Shown one piece after another: positions 61,038-64,000 of a stretch of DNA of 64,000 nucleotides (position 1 is the stretch's first letter; every line of letters starts with the position of its first letter). The stretch comes from Candidatus Poribacteria bacterium (GTDB taxonomy: Bacteria; Poribacteria; WGA-4E; PCPOR2b), in the NCBI GenBank assembly GCA_965215015.1, contig OZ244042.1:2464001-2528000 (forward strand), given 5' to 3'. Both the position numbers and the translations under genes were made by a program. The notes below the pieces were generated by a model. It was not told where the DNA came from. It did no database searches and saw nothing but the letters and a program-made list of their open reading frames with translations.

Positions 61038-61902
61038 GCATCCAGATCCACTGTTCCGGATAGCGTCGAATGTAAGATTCAATGACCTTGGTGAACCGTT
61101 GTGTGTTGACCAAAAGATCTTTTTCTTTGTCTCCACTCTGTTGTAGAGGTAACGGTGCTTCAACAACGGCACGGTGCGAATCATCAGGTTGGCGGATAAT
61201 AAATGTTGGCAAAATTGCAGCCCCGGTCTTGAGTGCAAGAGCTACCGGGCTATAAGGCGTATAAGCCGGCCTGCCGAAAAAATCAACGAAAATGCCTCGA
61301 GTACGGGTGTCCACATCTGCAAGAATGGCAATCAGTTCGTTTCGCTTTAGACAGCGTAACACTTCGCGCACCGATCGGTCTCGATCTATGCCTTGCCAGC
61401 CTACCTTTTCCCGATAAGTGCTAACAATGGCATCCAAACGCTTCGATCGTAACTGACGCGTAATGCCACGAATTGTATAGCCATTTGCAAGGATGCTGGC
61501 CCCGAGAAGTTCCCAATTACCAAAATGTGCTGTCAGGATGATTGCGCCTCTGCCTTGAGCTAGTGCCCAATCAATATGTTCTCTGCCTTCAAAGTTAACA
61601 AGCTGATGGAGGGTCTCAGGAGACATGCGAGGAAGCTGCATAAATTCCATCAAGTTCTTGCCCATGTTCTGAAAGGAACATCGAACAAGTTGCTCCACCA
61701 CCGGCTGCCCAATCCCAAGGCTCCGTTTGAGATTCTTGCATGCCCTGTCCTTTTGGTGGTGCGAAATCCAAAAGACAGCTGTAGCAAGATAAATGCCAAT
61801 GGATAATGCTGGTTTACGAGGCAGTCGAGCAATACACTGACCTATACATTGTGCCGTGAATGCGTAACAATAATCTTTCAGAATTCGCCACATACTTATC
61901 AC
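61009..61902 (-). CDS. Lipid A late acyltransferase (LpxL/HtrB family)
   Basis: HFGNWE, FFGRPA, PEQWIWMHERWK. Confidence 0.9.
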   Translation of the reverse strand: MISMWRILKDYCYAFTAQCIGQCIARLPRKPALSIGIYLATAVFWISHHQKDRACKNLKRSLGIGQPVVEQLVRCSFQNMGKNLMEFMQLPRMSPETLHQLVNFEGREHIDWALAQGRGAIILTAHFGNWELLGASILANGYTIRGITRQLRSKRLDAIVSTYREKVGWQGIDRDRSVREVLRCLKRNELIAILADVDTRTRGIFVDFFGRPAYTPYSPVALALKTGAAILPTFIIRQPDDSHRAVVEAPLPLQQSGDKEKDLLVNTQRFTKVIESYIRRYPEQWIWMHERWKTQPK

Positions 61903-62010
61903 CTATTATAGCAAATCCAACCTGCGATGACAAGGAAATTCATGGGCCCAAAGGGAAATTGAGACTAGTTGGCATAAAAATTGACGGTCGGCATCAATCT
62001 CTGCAATAGA

Positions 62011-62152
62011 TAGGACTGACGCAGTTGAACGCTTGAAGCCAACTCCCGATGCTTTTATCGGGACAGGGAAGAACCAAACCCCCTCTAACTCCCCCGCAAG
62101 CGCGGGAGAACCATACGAACGGGCGACTACGAACTGAAGTGCGTAACTCCTA
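62011..62152 (+). mobile_element. MITE copy
   Basis: TAGGACTGACGCAGTTG ... AAGTGCGTAACTCCTA. Confidence 0.78.
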
Positions 62153-62306
62153 AATAGAGTTGAATGTTTGAAAATTGGCTGAAGTTTTACTTGAGTGTAG
62201 GATTTAAGTGTGTTAAAATAAACCGAGTTGCAATCTTGATTAGAAACGAATCTCTGGAAAATGGGTAGTAACTCAATCAAATCATATCGAAAGGTGGTGC
62301 AAAGTC

Positions 62307-62423
62307 ATGCGAAAAATGCTTAAACAAAATTGCTTCGATAGACAAAACAGTGCATTGGAAAATCTAGGAACTCGTCTTGACTCTGCCCATCTGCATTTCG
62401 GGTCAGTGAAAACGGCTGCTTAA
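62307..62423 (+). CDS. Putative 38-aa small protein or leader peptide
   Basis: Promoter TTGAGT-17-TAAAAT (62191), SD AAGGTGG, ORF MRKMLKQN...SVKTAA, downstream terminator. Confidence 0.4.
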   Translation: MRKMLKQNCFDRQNSALENLGTRLDSAHLHFGSVKTAA

Positions 62424-62443
62424 ATTTCGTTTGGCGTAATCTT

Positions 62444-62483
62444 AAAAAGCCCGTAAGGATGAGTTTCCTTGCGGGCTTTTTTT
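62444..62483 (+). terminator. Intrinsic terminator immediately upstream of rsgA
   Basis: AAAAAGCCCGTAAGGA...TCCTTGCGGGCTTTTTTT. Confidence 0.8.
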
Positions 62484-62505
62484 ATTACCTTTGAGGTTAT
62501 ATTTT

Positions 62506-63507
62506 ATGGATGAAGGAATCGTTATCAAGGCATACGGTGGATCATATGATGTCCAAGTCGGCGGACAACCTTACCACTGCTCATTGCGGCATCATATTAT
62601 TGAAGCGGATAGACGCGAACGCGCAGAAACGAAGGAGTTGCCGTACGTAGATCTCGTTTCCGTCGGCGATCGAGTACAAATCTCTCTATCGCAGTCAAAA
62701 GCGGATGTGGGTTATATTGAGGAAATTCTCCCACGTCAGACGCAATTTGGCCGTACGCGCGTGAACAAATTACCACAGATCATTGTAGCCAACCTCGATC
62801 TCCTGCTAATCATCTTTGCGGCACGGGACCCTCAACTTAAACTACGCATGTTGGATCGATTTCTCGTAACCGCAGAGGCGTCGGGGATGTTACCTGTAAT
62901 CTGTATTAACAAGATTGACCTAGCCCGACTGAAAAAGTTAAAAGCACAAATGGCACCGTATGAGGAAATCGGTTATAAAGTGATTTACACAAGTATTGTA
63001 ACGGGTGCCGGAATCGATGAAATGCGTGCGGTGATGAAAGATCAGCTCTCCGCTATCGTCGGATCGTCTGGCGTTGGCAAATCATCGCTGCTCAACGAGA
63101 TTCAGCCGGGCTTGAAGCTACGTGTCGGCGATGTTGATGAGCGGATACACAAGGGGCGGCACACCACAACGGAGGTCTCTCTTTTGCCACTCCATTTCGG
63201 TGGATTCGTTGCAGACACACCGGGCATCCGTACACTCGGCTTGTTTGAGATTGATGATGAACAGGGGCTAGACATCTATTTCCCCGAAATGCGTCTCTAC
63301 ATTCCCGAATGTAAATTTGCAGCGTGCACCCACCAACATGAACCGGGGTGCGCGGTCAAAAGTGCTGTCGATCGTGGAGAAATTAACAGGTTGCGGTACG
63401 ACAGCTACCTACGCATATCGGGGTTTAGCGCAGGACGGTTTGAGCGTGAAGGCCCAAAGAAAGAAACAAAACGATATGAGAGGAGACATAAACGTGCGAA
63501 GCGATAG
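62506..63507 (+). CDS. rsgA: Ribosome small subunit-dependent GTPase A
   Basis: NKID, GSSGVGKSS, GRHTTT, DTPG, CKFAACTHQHEPGC. Confidence 0.95.
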   Translation: MDEGIVIKAYGGSYDVQVGGQPYHCSLRHHIIEADRRERAETKELPYVDLVSVGDRVQISLSQSKADVGYIEEILPRQTQFGRTRVNKLPQIIVANLDLLLIIFAARDPQLKLRMLDRFLVTAEASGMLPVICINKIDLARLKKLKAQMAPYEEIGYKVIYTSIVTGAGIDEMRAVMKDQLSAIVGSSGVGKSSLLNEIQPGLKLRVGDVDERIHKGRHTTTEVSLLPLHFGGFVADTPGIRTLGLFEIDDEQGLDIYFPEMRLYIPECKFAACTHQHEPGCAVKSAVDRGEINRLRYDSYLRISGFSAGRFEREGPKKETKRYERRHKRAKR

Positions 63508-63517
63508 TGGACGTCAA

Positions 63518-64000
63518 GTGATTCAAAAATTGAGACGAATCATTGAAAAGAATGAACAGAAGCTCACCTATTTTCAGAATCGACTGAAACAAGCTGAGTT
63601 TATTGATTTGCCAAACCAGCGCCTAATTGGTACCGCAGCAGGACAAGCAGATTCATATACGGATCAGCTAGCTGTCCTGCAAATCCAGCTACGCGAGTTA
63701 GAAAAACTTTACGGCGGTAGTGTAAAACTGAGAATAACAGAAGAGCGAGATTTGCGGCGAATTTGGGGTTGGACAAATGAGCCTACGCTTCGCAATCAGT
63801 TGCGTACTGAATTCATGCCATTCCAAACTTACGTTGACAACTGGTATCGTTGGCTCGCTGACGAAGACACGCACCCGTTTTCAATCGATCTGGCAACCGG
63901 TGAACTGGCTGGCTTTATGCTAATCAAATGCACCGATGGGGAGCGGAAAGCTGTGACACTTGAGTTTATCGTTATTCGACCCGATTGCCGTTATCTGGGG
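63518..64000 (+). CDS. GNAT (RimJ/RimL-like) acetyltransferase with N-terminal coiled coil, runs off window
   Basis: Manual translation: VKLRITEERDLRRIWGWTNEP...FSIDLATGELAGF...IVIRPDCRYLG. Confidence 0.6.
   Translation, partial: MIQKLRRIIEKNEQKLTYFQNRLKQAEFIDLPNQRLIGTAAGQADSYTDQLAVLQIQLRELEKLYGGSVKLRITEERDLRRIWGWTNEPTLRNQLRTEFMPFQTYVDNWYRWLADEDTHPFSIDLATGELAGFMLIKCTDGERKAVTLEFIVIRPDCRYLG

Overview
Bacterial, diderm genomic window. The gene mix (WD40/TPR/NHL/TolB repeat proteins, PhyH-family dioxygenases, DUF1080, several Gfo/Idh/MocA and AKR enzymes) is reminiscent of Candidatus Poribacteria, which is an inference only. Housekeeping blocks are rplM-rpsI-purA-tRNA-Lys-tRNA-Glu and lpxL-lptCAB-rpoN-hpf-hprK-ptsH plus rsgA. 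The central feature is a large phosphate-starvation island (about 32-49.7 kb) with pstSCAB-B, a PhoU fused to an LMW-PTP/ArsC domain that lacks its nucleophilic Cys, a porin, TonB, a beta-helix lipoprotein, a TonB-dependent receptor and a PhoB-like regulator. Four Pho-box-like promoters share the same geometry (11-bp-period repeats exactly 10 bp upstream of TATA(A/C)T), and one of them has no gene downstream. A decaying sigma-factor/secreted-protein/TolB cassette sits inside the island. Other notable items are an orphan MerR-HTH + N6-MTase + TRD fusion, a promoter- and terminator-bounded hairpin RNA with a perfect 13-nt complement of the 16S 3' end, two rod-like candidate ncRNAs, an about 82-aa insertion in sigma-54, an HxG-type Fe/2OG enzyme pair, a modular TAGGACTTACGCA MITE family and several IS200/IS605 (TnpB) derivatives. 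No CRISPR array or rRNA was seen. All calls were made by eye and no database search was run.
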